A DNA stretch of 64,000 bases from Octopus vulgaris (lineage: Eukaryota), in the NCBI GenBank assembly GCA_951406725.2, contig OX597831.1, positions 31,620,001 to 31,684,000 on the forward strand, read 5' to 3'. Shown piece after piece: positions 12,171 through 24,380 of the stretch; positions within the stretch are counted from its first letter, which is position 1; each line of letters starts with the position of its first letter. The position numbers and the translations under genes are program-made. The notes under the pieces are model-generated. The model did no database searches and was not told the DNA's origin. It saw only the letters and a program-made list of their open reading frames with translations.

Positions 12171-12290
12171 TGATGTGTGGGCGGCTTGCTTGACGTGTGG
12201 GCGGCTTGCTTGACGTGTGGGCGGCTTGCTTGACGTGTGGGCGGCGTGCTTGACGCGTGGGCGGCGTGCTTGATGTGTGGGCGGCTTCCT
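12171..12290. repeat. 20-bp minisatellite, 6 copies (TGACGTGTGGGCGGCTTGCT)
   Basis: Directly visible tandem units. Confidence 0.95.
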
Positions 12291-14750
12291 TGATATGAAG
12301 CTGGATTTTTTTTTTGTTTTTTTTTTTTTCTGCACTTAACATTTAACTGAGTTACTTTCCCCAGAAATGGTCAGTTGTCCAAGAACTTTACTCCAACTTT
12401 GCAGGCAGTGTGTGTTCATTATTCAAAATCAAAATAAATCCTTGTTTTGGAATGATCTCCAAAAAGACTAACATTCCATTATAATAATTCTACATTATAT
12501 TTCCTCACTTATGTGGTTCTGTTATGTCTCGACAAATAATATTTTGTTGTAATTAGTTTAATTAGTAAAGGGTGGCAGTGCGAGGGGAATTGACTCGGTT
12601 GCCTTATTTGGTTTACTTTGTTTTGAAGTTTAAAACTTGCCAAGATTGACTTTTCCTATCATCCTTCGGATGGTGATAAAATATCAGTCAAATACCGTCT
12701 TTTTTTTTTTTTTTTGCGCACGTGTGCCTAGAAAGAGGAAGAAGGGTGGTGTCTGTGGCTGTCTTCAAGGCTCTCCAAGACAAGTAGGATGGGGTTATCT
12801 CCAGGCTGAAAGTTCGATCCTAGCACTTGCAAGAGAGTGTTCTCTGCTGAATGTGCCAAAGGGCCAGCTCATGGTGATGTTAACTTAAATCAACACCACC
12901 GCCACTAGAACAGGAACAATCTCCCTGGTAGGCTTCTACCAAATTGCACTCACACAGTTTTGGCTAACCTGGGGCTCTGGTAGAAGACACTTTGTCTAAT
13001 GGCCTTGCAGTGGGATTGAATCCACAACCATGTGGTTAGGAAGTATCTACTGTCCTCAGTGTGTGGAAGTTGGACTCTTTTGCTCGTTGAAAGTTAATTA
13101 GCTCTAATTAATGTGAACAGTGTTTGTTTTTAGCACTGAAGTAATTTTTGGGTGGATACAACTTATGACTATGAATTTGTAAGCCACAGACTGTAGAGCA
13201 CGGGAGTGGTCAGGTTATAATGGCCACAAAGCGTGAATGGCAATGCCTCAGATGGTAAATGGTAGTGCTTCACAACCTAGTGGCTTCAGGTTCAGTCCTA
13301 CTGTGCAGCACTTTAGGTGAGTGGTTTTTCTATTAAAACTTTCATGTTTCTTGTGGATGGAATCAGGATGTTAGAATCTGTTGAGAAGCTAGTCATGAGG
13401 TGTGTGTAGGGGGTGTTTATTTGCTGTGTCCCTTCAAGCCTCATACTCTTGCAGTGAAATAGGTTCTGGTGTTGATGAAGACTGTGCCCCAGCATGGCCA
13501 CAGTCCATTGACTAAAACCAGTAAAAAAGTAAGGATGTAAATTATTACATTCCTCTTAAAATTAGTGAATTTCTGAGAAATCATGTAGGACAGTAAGGTG
13601 GGGGAAAGTGATAGTGTCTTGTGGTATTTGGTTTTGTTATATTTTCCAAAGTTCAAATCCTGCCAAAATTAGATGTTTTTTAATCCTTCAGGGAACAATA
13701 AAATTCATACTAGTTATGTATTGAGGGATAGGGAAGTGTTTTGATTCGTTTATTTACAGCCTATCTTTGCAACTTAATGGCCTTGTACACAAGGTAGACG
13801 CTGCCATTTCCATTGTTGATATTGGAAATTCACTTATTTAGGTTGGTGAGCTCCTGGTGAATTGTTTGACATGATTTCTTATCCCTGTTTTCTGTTGTTC
13901 TGCTTCACAAATTCGATCACCTACTGCACAGATGTTGTTAATTAACCATTTTTTTTAACATATCAATCATTAAAATTCTAATATAGTGTTGACATTTTTC
14001 TTTACACTCCATAAATCTTTGTTTATCTTCTGCTGTCAACCTCTTCCCTTTTTCTTTTTCTTTTTTGTCTTTAAGAGAAAAAAATTGATTCTTGAAGTTA
14101 AGATTGAACTCATAAACTTGTTTGTTGAAATAATATTCAAATAACGCATTCAAATATAGGACAATTTTGTTAGCAATCTGAATATCTTTACAGTATTTAT
14201 AATTCATTTGGTTTGCAAAATTTTTGATGTGAACTTGTGTGCTAAAGCATATTTTGTTGCCTCTTGGGGGGATCATGCCAATAGCAAACTCACATTGGTT
14301 ACATTTCAATTCATTATTATTTGTCAATTGGGTTAACTATTTAACCGATTAACTGATAAAATAGTTAGTTGGTCAAATGATTAACCAATTGACTAATAAA
14401 TATTAAAGAAGTGAAATAGAACCAGTGTGTTTATTATTAGCATAATGACCTTCCTAAGATACAACAAAATATGTAATTAAATTTCTTTAAATATATTTAA
14501 CACTCTTGGTAAGGGCATGAATATCACTAAATCTCAATCTTCCCCATATTTTGTATTTGTTTACTAACAGATGATATTTGTTCCTGAAAATTAACAAACT
14601 ACTTCAATAAAGAGGTATTCCAATCCAAAACAAGGCAGATTTGTGTATTTTTGTGTGTACATAGCCCTACAACCATTTTTTAGCCAGGGGAGTTAAAAGA
14701 AAGAAAGACTTGTAATAATTTCATGAAAAATTATCCAAAACAGATGAAAT

Positions 14751-15146
14751 TTTGGAGTAAAGATTGTTAGCCAACATAACATGGCAGTCCTGGTTGAGGA
14801 TGAATGTTGCTGTAATTTAGCCCCAGGAGACATCTTCTCCAGTTGGCTATACGACATGATCTGTGTCCTTACATTTTTCGAACAAGGGAATCTAGCACTC
14901 CCACTCAGCTCAAAACAATATCTGTGTATCACAATTTCCGGGTTATTTCCCTTCATCCAGAAATTGCGATACACAGATATTGCTTTGAGTTGAATGTGGG
15001 TGCTAGATTCTCTTGTTCGAAATTATAAGGACACAGATCGTGTCGTATAGCCAGCTGGAGACAATGTCTCTTGGAGCTAAATTACAGCAACATTCGTCCT
15101 AAACCAGGACTGCCATGTTGTGTTGGCAAACAATCTTTACTCCAAA
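14751..15146. repeat. Near-perfect 396-bp palindrome (about 190-bp arms)
   Basis: tttggagtaaagattgtt...aacaatctttactccaaa; arms align throughout, mostly with transition mismatches. Confidence 0.9.
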
Positions 15147-15365
15147 GTAGCATTGCTGAATATCTCTCATAAGTATCCATAAGCTACATCTCTCTCTCTC
15201 TTTCAGAGATGAAGGAAACACTCTTGATGAGCTAGTAATGACCAAGTAAAACTAGCCAAGTTGTTCTTTAATCTGTTCTGAGGTGAAAGTCATGTGGTTT
15301 AAACACAAGTTCTATTATAGCTCAAGGTTAAATATATATATTTGTATGTGTAAAGTAACAGTTTT

Positions 15366-15420
15366 AGAAAAAAACCATCGGTTTCATATCTAGCGTGAAC
15401 TAGGCATATCTTCAGTTTCT
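15366..15420 (-). ncRNA. Hammerhead motif in the 3' region of the Penelope-like element
   Basis: Minus strand reads AGAAA CTGAAGA TATGCCTAG ttcacg CTAGATAT GAAA CCGATGG TT TTTTTCT, about 120 nt after the GIY-YIG stop; stem II junction non-canonical. Confidence 0.6.
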
Positions 15421-15542
15421 GTAAACGATAACTGTTCTCTGCAAAGAATGTTTTTTAAAACCACAAGAACGCTGGTGATAATTAAAAAAATATTCCTCTT
15501 AAAAAATTATGGCTGGGTAAGTTGTCTTCCTTCACTTGATAG

Positions 15543-16222
15543 CTAGGTTTTCCAATTTTGAAGTAAAAATTTCCAAAAATGTGGACAACTCCCCATGGCT
15601 TCCATCCTGAAGTTCAGGTAGCCTCCTGGCTCAAGTGAGTTCATAAGGATTATATGTCTTTCTGCCATACACAATTTACATAGTCCTGTTCCATTGCGAT
15701 AGGGTCCACAAGTTTCTAGTAATTTCCATTTTATGTTAAAGGTCATATGATCATCCTTTAGGCACCATATGTATGCTGCAAGTGTTGTGTTGCATCTCTC
15801 CGGTACCCTGAAAGAAGATCTGTGGTTGTTCAGGCAAATTTTAAATTTGGATTCACAAGATCCGACATAAATTTTAATGTGTATCCCTTTGTTGGCATTG
15901 ATATTACTGATATTTGTGCTGCTCCTGTTTGAGGCTACTTTTGCTTGGTACACTGTAGTAGTCTTGGTGTTACATTGGCCGTCCACTGGGCATTCATTTC
16001 TAATCCTACATACATCCTCTGTCTGTGGTTTAGGAGTGCTAAGTAATTTTTTCTTAACATTGTGTGCACAACTGAAAGAGATATTTAAAAATTATGTCTG
16101 TTAAAGATCATTCTATATTTGTGTGATCGCGTGAAATGCTCATCAGTCAACCTATGAAAAATCTTACCTACGCATATCCAGACGTTTAGGGAGAAACAGG
16201 GAGCAAACCATAAGGTCTTGCA
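15543..16222 (-). mobile_element. Penelope-like element fragment (RT thumb, linker and GIY-YIG endonuclease), possibly Naiad-like
   Basis: LWFAPCFSLNV...GKIF...MIFNR...SFSC; CPVDGQC, VYQA, IYVGS, NH..SF, YIW.LK, CKLCMAE, LN.R.E...CPH; internal stop present. Confidence 0.8.
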
Positions 16223-16280
16223 GTGATGTTTCTTTTTATGGTTGCTCAATCCTGGCGTTTATACTATATGGTCCTTGAAC

Positions 16281-16476
16281 CCTATCTGAAAGTTTTGGTT
16301 TTCTTCCTGAGTTTTGTTTCGACGAGGAGGTTTTTATCTTTTTCTCAAAGGCTGTCATTACTTCCAAGACAGTACTTCTTGATACACCAAACATTTCAGC
16401 TGTTTACGTTAACGCTAATGCCTGCCATACGAGCACCAACAATTTAACCTCTTTGAAACTCTGGTAGATCTGTCAT
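16281..16476 (-). mobile_element. Tc1 transposase N-terminal HTH relic
   Basis: MTDLPEFQRG*IVGARMAGISV, frameshift, then TAEMFGVSRSTV.EVMTAFEK...SSSKQNSGRKPKLSDR. Confidence 0.8.
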
Positions 16477-16564
16477 TTTTAATGAATTTTAATTACCATT
16501 TTCTGATGATATCTGAAAAGAAACAGCAATTTTAGCAACACTAATAATAAATTTTTTAAAATGT

Positions 16565-17990
16565 GACCAACTCACCTTCCAGGTCCACGAAGATTGTACG
16601 TGTCTGCATGACCAGGCTTTTCCAGATCAAGACTGTGATCCTTCCTGGCTAGGAGAAATTATCTTCTCATAGTCATTCAGGAGGTCTGAGAAGGCCTGCA
16701 GCTTGCCCAGCCTGGTTTCTGTAGCAACCATAACATCTATACTGTGTGACCTGAGGTCATTAGACCCCATCTAGATAGATATTTTTTGCTTTGTAAGCTA
16801 CAGTTACTGGGTCTTTTTGTTGGGGGATATCTATGAGGATGGGATTGAAGGGGTTTTTCTTTTTTTTCTTTTCTACTGTTTTGGCTTTTGAAACTTTTGT
16901 GGGGGAATCCATTTTTTTGGAACGTTTCCGTGTGTATGTCTGGTATCCTGAATGTTGGTTTCCTCTGCACTTGTTGAGGTGGTCATTCCCTGGGTAACAG
17001 CCTCCTTGGCTGGGAGTGCTGCCCCTTTTGTAGATGCACTCCTGGGAGTGCACCTTCTTAGTTTCCTACCAAGGTTGTGCTCTGTGTAACAGCCTCCTGT
17101 GTGTTTTTTGACTTTTTGGTTTTAGAAGTCCCCTGCTGGGGTCCACTTCCTTCGAGGGGATAATGACTGTTTGGTTTACTTCTTTTTTATTATTCTTAGG
17201 ACACTTCTCCTTTATGTGTCCTTTCTTCTCGCATTTGAAGCATCGAGGCCTTCTTCCCTCTATGTGTATGGGCAGACTTATATCTTCCATAACTATAACT
17301 TCTGGGAGTTCTTCTAGATCATTGGCCGTGACTTGGACCAAGATCTCAAGTGTCTGGTCCCGCCAATTTTGAGGTCCATCTTTTGTGATCTCGATTAATT
17401 GGATTTTGTCCTCACTCTTGCATAAAAGTGTGGCCAAAATCCAGCCTACCTCTTCTTCTGGGGAGACATTTTTAATCTTTATCCAGGACATCCTACATCC
17501 CAGATATAATGGTAGAAATAGAATATTGCCACTTTGCAAGGTTTGAGTCGAATAGTCCCTTGCACGTTCCATTGACTCGAACCTTGCCTCTATTGTGGCA
17601 AATTTACCGCCTCTGGTGTGGTATTTAATTTCTTGCATTGTCGCACCAAGACACTTCTCTATGGTGCTTTCTTCCAAGTGCTCGAATCTCTTTGTTTCCA
17701 CATTGTATATTTTGTAGGCGATAGTCGTTTCTTTTATCTTGTTTTTTATTTCAATTGGAGGTGTTATTCTTGATTCACCATCTTTCTCAGTTATCAATCC
17801 AAAATAGGTTTGAATCTCTTCAATTTTTATCTTTGAGTTCACGGCTGCAGCGAAATTCATTTTTGAACTCTCTTCTATCAAAAACATTTTTAACGTAAAC
17901 AGCGAAATATTATCAATTACCCAAAATTCTTCTTGCATGACGCTACCACATCGATGACAAAGGTCTGCTTCTTGTGATGTATCCAGAAGA
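16565..17990 (-). mobile_element. Tx1/L1-like LINE 5' portion: ORF1 with CCHC knuckle plus start of the ORF2 endonuclease
   Basis: ORF 17066-17938 has CFKCEKKGHIKEKC; 16570-16760 reads DLRSHSIDVMVATETRL...IFVDLEGELV (APE N-terminus). Confidence 0.7.
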
Positions 17991-18039
17991 TTGTAGTCTT
18001 GTAAGAATGCAACTGCGGTTTCCTCTGTAAAAATTATAC

Positions 18040-18425
18040 CATCATCATCATTTAACGTCCATTTTCCATGCTAGCATGGGTTGGACGGATCGACCGGGGT
18101 CTGGGAAGCCAGGAGGCTGCACCAGGCTCCAATCTGATCTGGTAGTGTTTCTACAGCTGGATGCCCTTCCTAATGCCAACCACTCTTTTTACATACCATT
18201 TGCACAGGGGCCAGAGGAGGCTGGCAATGGCCACAATTGGTTGGTGCTTTTTACATGTCACCAGCACGGAAGCCAGTCAAGGCAGCGCTGGCATCAACCG
18301 CGTTCAGAAGGTGCATTTTACGTGCCACGAGCACGGGTATCACAACTACAATTTCCATTTTATTTTCATTTTGATGTTGATGTACTTGACTCAATAGGTC
18401 TCCTCAAGCACAGCAGGTCCAGATA
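18040..18425 (-). mobile_element. RTE 3'-UTR / RTE-tailed short element
   Basis: 'catcatcatttaacgtccattttccatgctagcatgggttggacgg', matching the 3' end of the RTE copy ending near 35306. Confidence 0.8.
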
Positions 18426-18450
18426 ATTGTAGCTGTGCTGTTCTGCTGGA

Positions 18451-18760
18451 CTAGCCTAAGCTTAAGCATACGCTGACAACCTCTATGACTTTATGTACCC
18501 ATTTCTCCACAAGGAGTATGCTTACACCCCCCACTCCATCCGTGTTACCTTGCCAGAAGATTTTGTACCTATGTGCCTTTCCTGAGAGGACCCTAGCTGA
18601 AGCTCCTCTCCATCTTACTTCTTGTATGCAGCATACATCAACATATCTCCTTTCAAGCATCTGTACAATCTCACTAGACCTATCTTTCAGTGTGCCTACA
18701 TTGACTGTGCCAACTCTGAAAACTGGGAAAGGAATGTGGGGTGAGGCTTGGGGAGGAGAG
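18451..18760 (-). mobile_element. RTE APE endonuclease N-terminal fragment
   Basis: FRVGTVNVGTL...VDVCCIQEVRW...GVGGVSIL. Confidence 0.85.
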
Positions 18761-19144
18761 ATGTTATTGAGTACCTGAAAAGAAGAGGGAGATTGTCGTA
18801 TTCGTTTTTTATTGCATGCTTCATCTGTTCTCACTTCCGACTTGACATCATTTCCAACCTGTCAATAGAAATCCTTTAACAGCATTGTAATGGTTAAAAT
18901 TAACTCAGGTTAAGAGGGTAAGAAAAGGTAGACAAACACTAAAAGTAATTTCACAGCATAGACAAGATACTGCAGTAGATCGCACGCTAAAGTAGCATCA
19001 ATTATCATCATTGATAAATGATTAGAGACAATTTTAAATACCCGGTGCAGCCTTCAATTTTCAAAAATGTTTATAAAAATGACTTGCTTATCACTTTTTT
19101 TTTTTTTCTTTGAATATCAGTGTTGTAATATTTAGCTGTGAAAA

Positions 19145-19420
19145 CAAGTTGCTTGCAGGTAGAAATATCTTGTTTCATCTAAAATAGCAAAGAACTATGT
19201 TGGGTTTAGTTTTGATGGCAAATTATTCAAAACATGTGAACCAATCACATTAGAAACAGTGCTTATTTCTTTAGTTCTTGTGCATTTAATGTCTTCGGTA
19301 GCTTTTGAATCAGGACATACATTAGATAATGAAACTAGGCTGAAACACTAATGGCATAGTTGTACCCAGCCATGAATCTACTATATTTTAGCTCAGCTGA
19401 TGCTACTATTTTTGTTGCAT
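19145..19420 (-). mobile_element. Degenerate hAT transposase fragment
   Basis: Minus strand AELKYSRFM...CPDSKATEDIKCTRTK...NVIG...FFAILDET, then (frameshift) DISTCKQL. Confidence 0.6.
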
Positions 19421-19693
19421 CAAACATTGACCAGCTTTAACAAACTCAGTTGTTTTAGCCGATTGGTTTGTTTCTTAGACATTCCTTTGATGTTTTCTTT
19501 TTATTCATATCTTTCTTCAGCTACCACTTGCCTCTCAAATATACAGTTTAGCAATAGCTTCTATTTTTTTTTTTTGTATTCTTTTTTTGTCATTTCCGAC
19601 TATGACAAAAATTTTCCTTTCATAGGAAGTAGATTTCAATTTATTTTTCTGAGAATTGTCATTTTGTCCCTGTTTGAGTAATGTTCTGGTATA

Positions 19694-20051
19694 GAACAAT
19701 GGCACAACTGAGATACACTGTGACACAGCTCCTTTCATTGAACAATGGCACTACTGAGATACACTGTGACTCAGCTCCTTTCATTGAACAATGGCACTAC
19801 TGAGATACACTGTGACACAGCTCCTTTCATTGAACAATGGCACAACTGAGATACACTGTGACTCACTGTGACACAGCTCCTTTCATTGAACAATGGCACT
19901 ACTGAGATACACTGTGACACAGCTCCTTTCATTGAACAATGGCACTACTGAGATACACTGTGACTCACTGTGACACAGCTCCTTTCATTGAACAATGGCA
20001 CTACTGAGATACACTGTGACTCACTGTGACACAGCTCCTTTCATTGAACAA
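19694..20051. repeat. 46/56-bp minisatellite, 7 copies
   Basis: GAACAATGGCACTACTGAGATACACTGTGACACAGCTCCTTTCATT; three units carry an extra TCACTGTGAC. Confidence 0.95.
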
Positions 20052-20974
20052 AAGCAGTAATGAAATGACAATTCTTAAATGCAGTATTGAAGATGACTTG
20101 CATGCATCATGGCAGGACTGCTTCATTTTCTCTTTCATTGTATGATAAGAATCATGCCTGTAGTCTGCTGACATTATTCGTAGCTTAGCTTGATGTGTTT
20201 TTTACATACATGCTGTATGGGACGAAATTTTCTCAAAGACAAAATCTGGCAGCAAATGCCTTTCACATTCTTGTGTTCAAGAACATATTAAAAAGCAATG
20301 TACCCGTCATTATTTTAATCCTCATTGTTTCGTGTGCTCCTACTAAATTAAATTCATATAGGCAAGTCTCTGCACTCATTAAGAAATATGGTATTTGCTA
20401 TTTTCTATACAGGATCATAAATTCCAGCCTGGTTTCATCCAGCAAAGAAGCTCAAAACATACCCAAATAGTCTGTTTTGTAGTCATCTGATGTTTTCTGG
20501 AACTCAGTTTGATGTGTTTATTATACACAGTCTACAGGGAGAAATATTTGTCCATCACAAAATCCATCAGCAAATGCGTTTCCATGTTCCAGTGTACAAG
20601 AACATGTTGGAAATAACTGTAGACAGCTCTATTTGCTTCTGTTTTCATGGAAACATTTTTATCATTGTAAGTGGTAATGAACTGAGATTTTATAATTAAA
20701 TGCATAACCTCCTTCTGTTCACATTCCACTATGATATTCTTGGTCATAATCCAATGTGATTTGGTAACAGAAGTAATACCCACCACTCGCCTCCTTTTTC
20801 TTTTATAATGGTGTAAAGGAGCTGCACGAATGGCATTTTGTTCTGATGTGTGGTTGTATACTCCAAATGGTAGCACAACCCTGACCACTGGTATTACTGG
20901 TACTTGCAATAAAATGGGTCCTGTTCTTACTCTTTTAGTCTTTTCTTCCTCTTGTTTCCTCCAGTTTGGTTTCA

Positions 20975-21330
20975 CAATATTTATTCTATCTTCTTGTCTT
21001 TTTCCTTCATCTTATTTCAATTGGGGGTGTTATTTTACTTTTACCATTTTCTTCGGTGATCATACCATGGTATGCTTGAATATCTTCCATCTTCAAAGTA
21101 ATTGTTTCAAGTCTGCAACAGCGGCAGCAAAATTCATTTTTCTTTGTGGTTCTTCTACAGAAGACATTCTTTTAATATTTCATTAGAGGGTGTCATTTTA
21201 CTTTTACCGTTTTCTTCGGTGATCATACCATAGTATGCTTGTATATCTTATTTTTTCAAAGTGATGGTTTCAAGTCCACCAACAGTGGCGGCAAAATTCA
21301 TTTTTATTTTTGGTTCTTCGAATATACGTT
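20975..21330 (-). mobile_element. Tandemly duplicated 5' ends of the Tx1-like ORF1
   Basis: Two about 165-bp copies with MNFAA start and 'EDIQAYHGMITEENGKSKITPP'-like sequence, homologous to MNFAAAV...EEIQTYFGLITEKDGESRITPP of the 17-kb ORF. Confidence 0.65.
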
Positions 21331-21380
21331 TTGCTTCCTCAATGCTGTTCGTGTTGAACCACTTCTCTTCTGTATATAAA

Positions 21381-24380
21381 TAATAATAATGAAATTATTG
21401 TATACAGTGCTCAGGTGCACTACAACTTGTCAAGTGTGTATAAAGCATATGCAGTAATGCATAAATGTCTGGAAAGTGAACAGTGTATGAGTCAGATACA
21501 TGCTTGTGTGTGTGTATGGAGGGGAGAAAATCAGGTGTAGTGTTGGTGAATCTCAGGAAGCATGGAAGTTTTGAAGGATGCAGTGCTCCGACAACTAACA
21601 ACTGATGCCGGCAATTTGTTCTATACTTCAGCAACTCTCAGCGTGAAAAAATATTTCCAAAAGTCATGGGAGCTGTGCTGTTTTCTGACTTTTGTAAACA
21701 AGTCCACGGGTGTTAGACAGATGGAGTTTGAAAAGATGCTCAGAGTTATTGTTTGTAAGATGGTTAATAATTTTATGGGTGTCTGCCAAGTCAGTTGCCA
21801 GACGTCGGAGTTTCAATGTATCCATGCCCAGAGAAGTAAGGCGTTCAGAATATGGCAAATGCCTGATGGAGGGTATACTCTTGGTTGCACATCGTTGAAC
21901 AGTTTCCAGATAATTAATATCCTGGGCAAGATAGGGGTTCCAGACTGGTGATGCAAATTCCAGGTGAGACTACACCATAGCTGTATAAAGCCTCAGATAG
22001 ATAGCCGGAGAGCAGCTCATAAAGGACTTTGTAAACATGTCCATGGGTGTCAGACAGATGGAGTTTGAAAAGGTGCTCAGAGTTATTGTTTGTAAGATAG
22101 TTAATAATTTTATGGGTGTCTGCCAAGTCAGTTGCCAGACGTCGGAGTTTCAATGTATCCATGTCCAGGGAAGTAAGGCGTTCAGAATATGGCAAATGCC
22201 TGATGGAGGGTATACTCTTGGTTGCACATAGCTGAACGGCTTCCAGACGATTAACATCCTGGGCAAGATAGGGGTTCCAGACTAGTGATGCAAATTCCAG
22301 TTGAGGTCGCACCAAAGCTATATAAAGCCGCAGATAGATAGCCGGAGAGCGGCTCACAAAGGACTTGGTGAGTGATGCCAAGACACCCTCAGCCTTCTTG
22401 GCAATTTTAGCAATGTGTTTTGTCCAACGCAAATCGCTGTTGACAATAATGCCCAGGTCACGTTCACAAGAAGACTTTTTCAGATTAGTGTTGTGGAGGG
22501 AGTAAGTAGACACTGGGATTTTTCCTCTCAAAATGCATGGTGGTACATTTGTCCACAGACAGCTTGAGTTGCCTGTCCATGATCCACTGCTGCATTGTGT
22601 CCAGGTCTGATTGCAATAAAGATCTATAGTGTACAAGATCTGTCCTCTTTATTTCGAGGTACAGCTTGATGTCATCTGCATATTTCAGCACTGTGGCATT
22701 CTTTAAGTTAGCATCTATGTCATTAATATATGCAACAAATAAAAGGAGGCCAAGAACAGATCCCTGTGGTACACCAGATGTCATCTCATAGGGGGAAGAG
22801 TGCTGTCCTAGAACTGTGATAACCTCTTTTCGGCCGATAATGAAGGACTTCAACCAGTTATAGAGATCATCTCTTACACCCATTGCAGAGAGTTTCACCA
22901 TAAGTCTTTTGTGTGGCACAGAATTAAAAGCCTTAGCAAAGTCCAGGGAAACAACATCCACCCAGGAGTCACCATCAGTGATTCGAGTAATGTCCTCAAG
23001 AAACTCAATGAGTTGATTACAGCAGCTGGAGTTAGGAATAAATCCAAATTGTGATGGCTGGATCATGCTGTGAGACTTCCAGAAGTTCCAGAAAGTTTCT
23101 GTGACACAGGATTCCATGTTTGGCGATGCAGCTAGTAAGACTAACGGGGTGATAGTTGACAGGCGATGTGCGGTCACCTTTTTTGAACATAACACTGGCA
23201 GTTTTCCACTGCCCTGGAGTAACACCATTGTCAAGACAGAATTGAAAGAATAGTGAAAGTTGGTTTAGAAGAAAGTACCAACTGCATTTGAGAAGTAGGT
23301 ATGTAACACTAGGAGAGGCAGAGTTATGTTTATTCTTAAGGTGGTGTTGTAGCATTGCTGGTGTAAATTTCATAGTAGTTATAGAGTCCGGTGTCAGAGG
23401 TGATAGAGATAGAACATTTTGATCTTCAACAGTAAAGATGCTTGCATAGCATCCAGCAATGATTTTTGCACATTCTTTGGGATTGTCAGTAATCTGGCCT
23501 GTGTGGGGATTGCGAAGGGGACCAACTGGAGAGTGAGGTCTCTGCTTTGAATGTACATACTTCCAGAACACTTTGCTGTCAGGGTTGGTTGCTATGCGCT
23601 GTTCGAATTCAAGCACTGCCTTTTTTGTCACCTGCTTGAGATGGTTGGCTGATCTATTGCACTTTTTCCTGTTGATTTCTGATTTCTGCATTTTGTATTC
23701 CTGTTCAGCATTTCGGCGTTCTTTCCTGGCAAGTCGGACTGCTGTGGTCAGAATGTTCTGAAGCATAGTGTTCACATCTCCATAGACATAAAATTCAAGC
23801 CAGTTTGAGCGTCACAGCTCAGTACAATAAGAGTTCCAGTCAAAGCGGGCAGTTTGAAGATGGTTGTGGTTTTTCTTACAAACAATCAGTGACAAGTCAG
23901 CCATGATCATGGAATGATCAAAGTCACCTAAAGGTTCTTCAGCAGTGACACTCATGATTGTTTCAGGAGAAGCGGTAAATAGCAGATCCAAAGTGTTGTT
24001 ACCCCTTGTGGGGGAGATAACGACTTGGGACCATGCACTTTGCGGCCAACAGAAGGCCTCCCAGTCATTCTCGGGGAAATTGAAGTCCCCCGCAATATAA
24101 ACATAAGTGGCTGTTTTCATGACAGCAAGTCTGAGGATATCAAAAAGATGTGTGTCTTGATGATAATTTGGGGGGCGGTAAACAACTCCAAGTAGAAGTG
24201 TTGACAAGGTCATGTGTATATTGCAGAAAAATACTTCCTGTTGAGATTGGTTCAAATCATCACACACCCACCACAGCGATTAATGCGGTCTTTGCGGGAC
24301 AGGTTGAAAATTCCATCACAAAGTGCAGAATGTGCCCATGTTTCTGTGACTGATGAAATCTGGGTCAATACTTTTGACGT
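21381..24380 (-). mobile_element. CR1/L2-type LINE, near-complete decayed ORF2 (APE + RT) with a duplicated 3' segment
   Basis: GVVYRPP, GDFNFP, TRGNNTLDL, DH; LDFAKAF, SGVPQGSVLG, YADD; ERDLG, VRPQLEF; (ATT)n-type tail near 21381; several frameshifts. Confidence 0.9.

Noticed and set aside
16575-16750. Apparent minus-strand exon (ctcag|...|gtgagt) of a host gene
   Set aside because: Translates as a frameshifted LINE endonuclease N-terminus contiguous with the upstream ORF1
19694-20051. RSS heptamers (CACTGTG/CACAGTG) in the minisatellite suggesting Transib/RAG signals
   Set aside because: No nonamer at 12/23 spacing; explained as a simple VNTR
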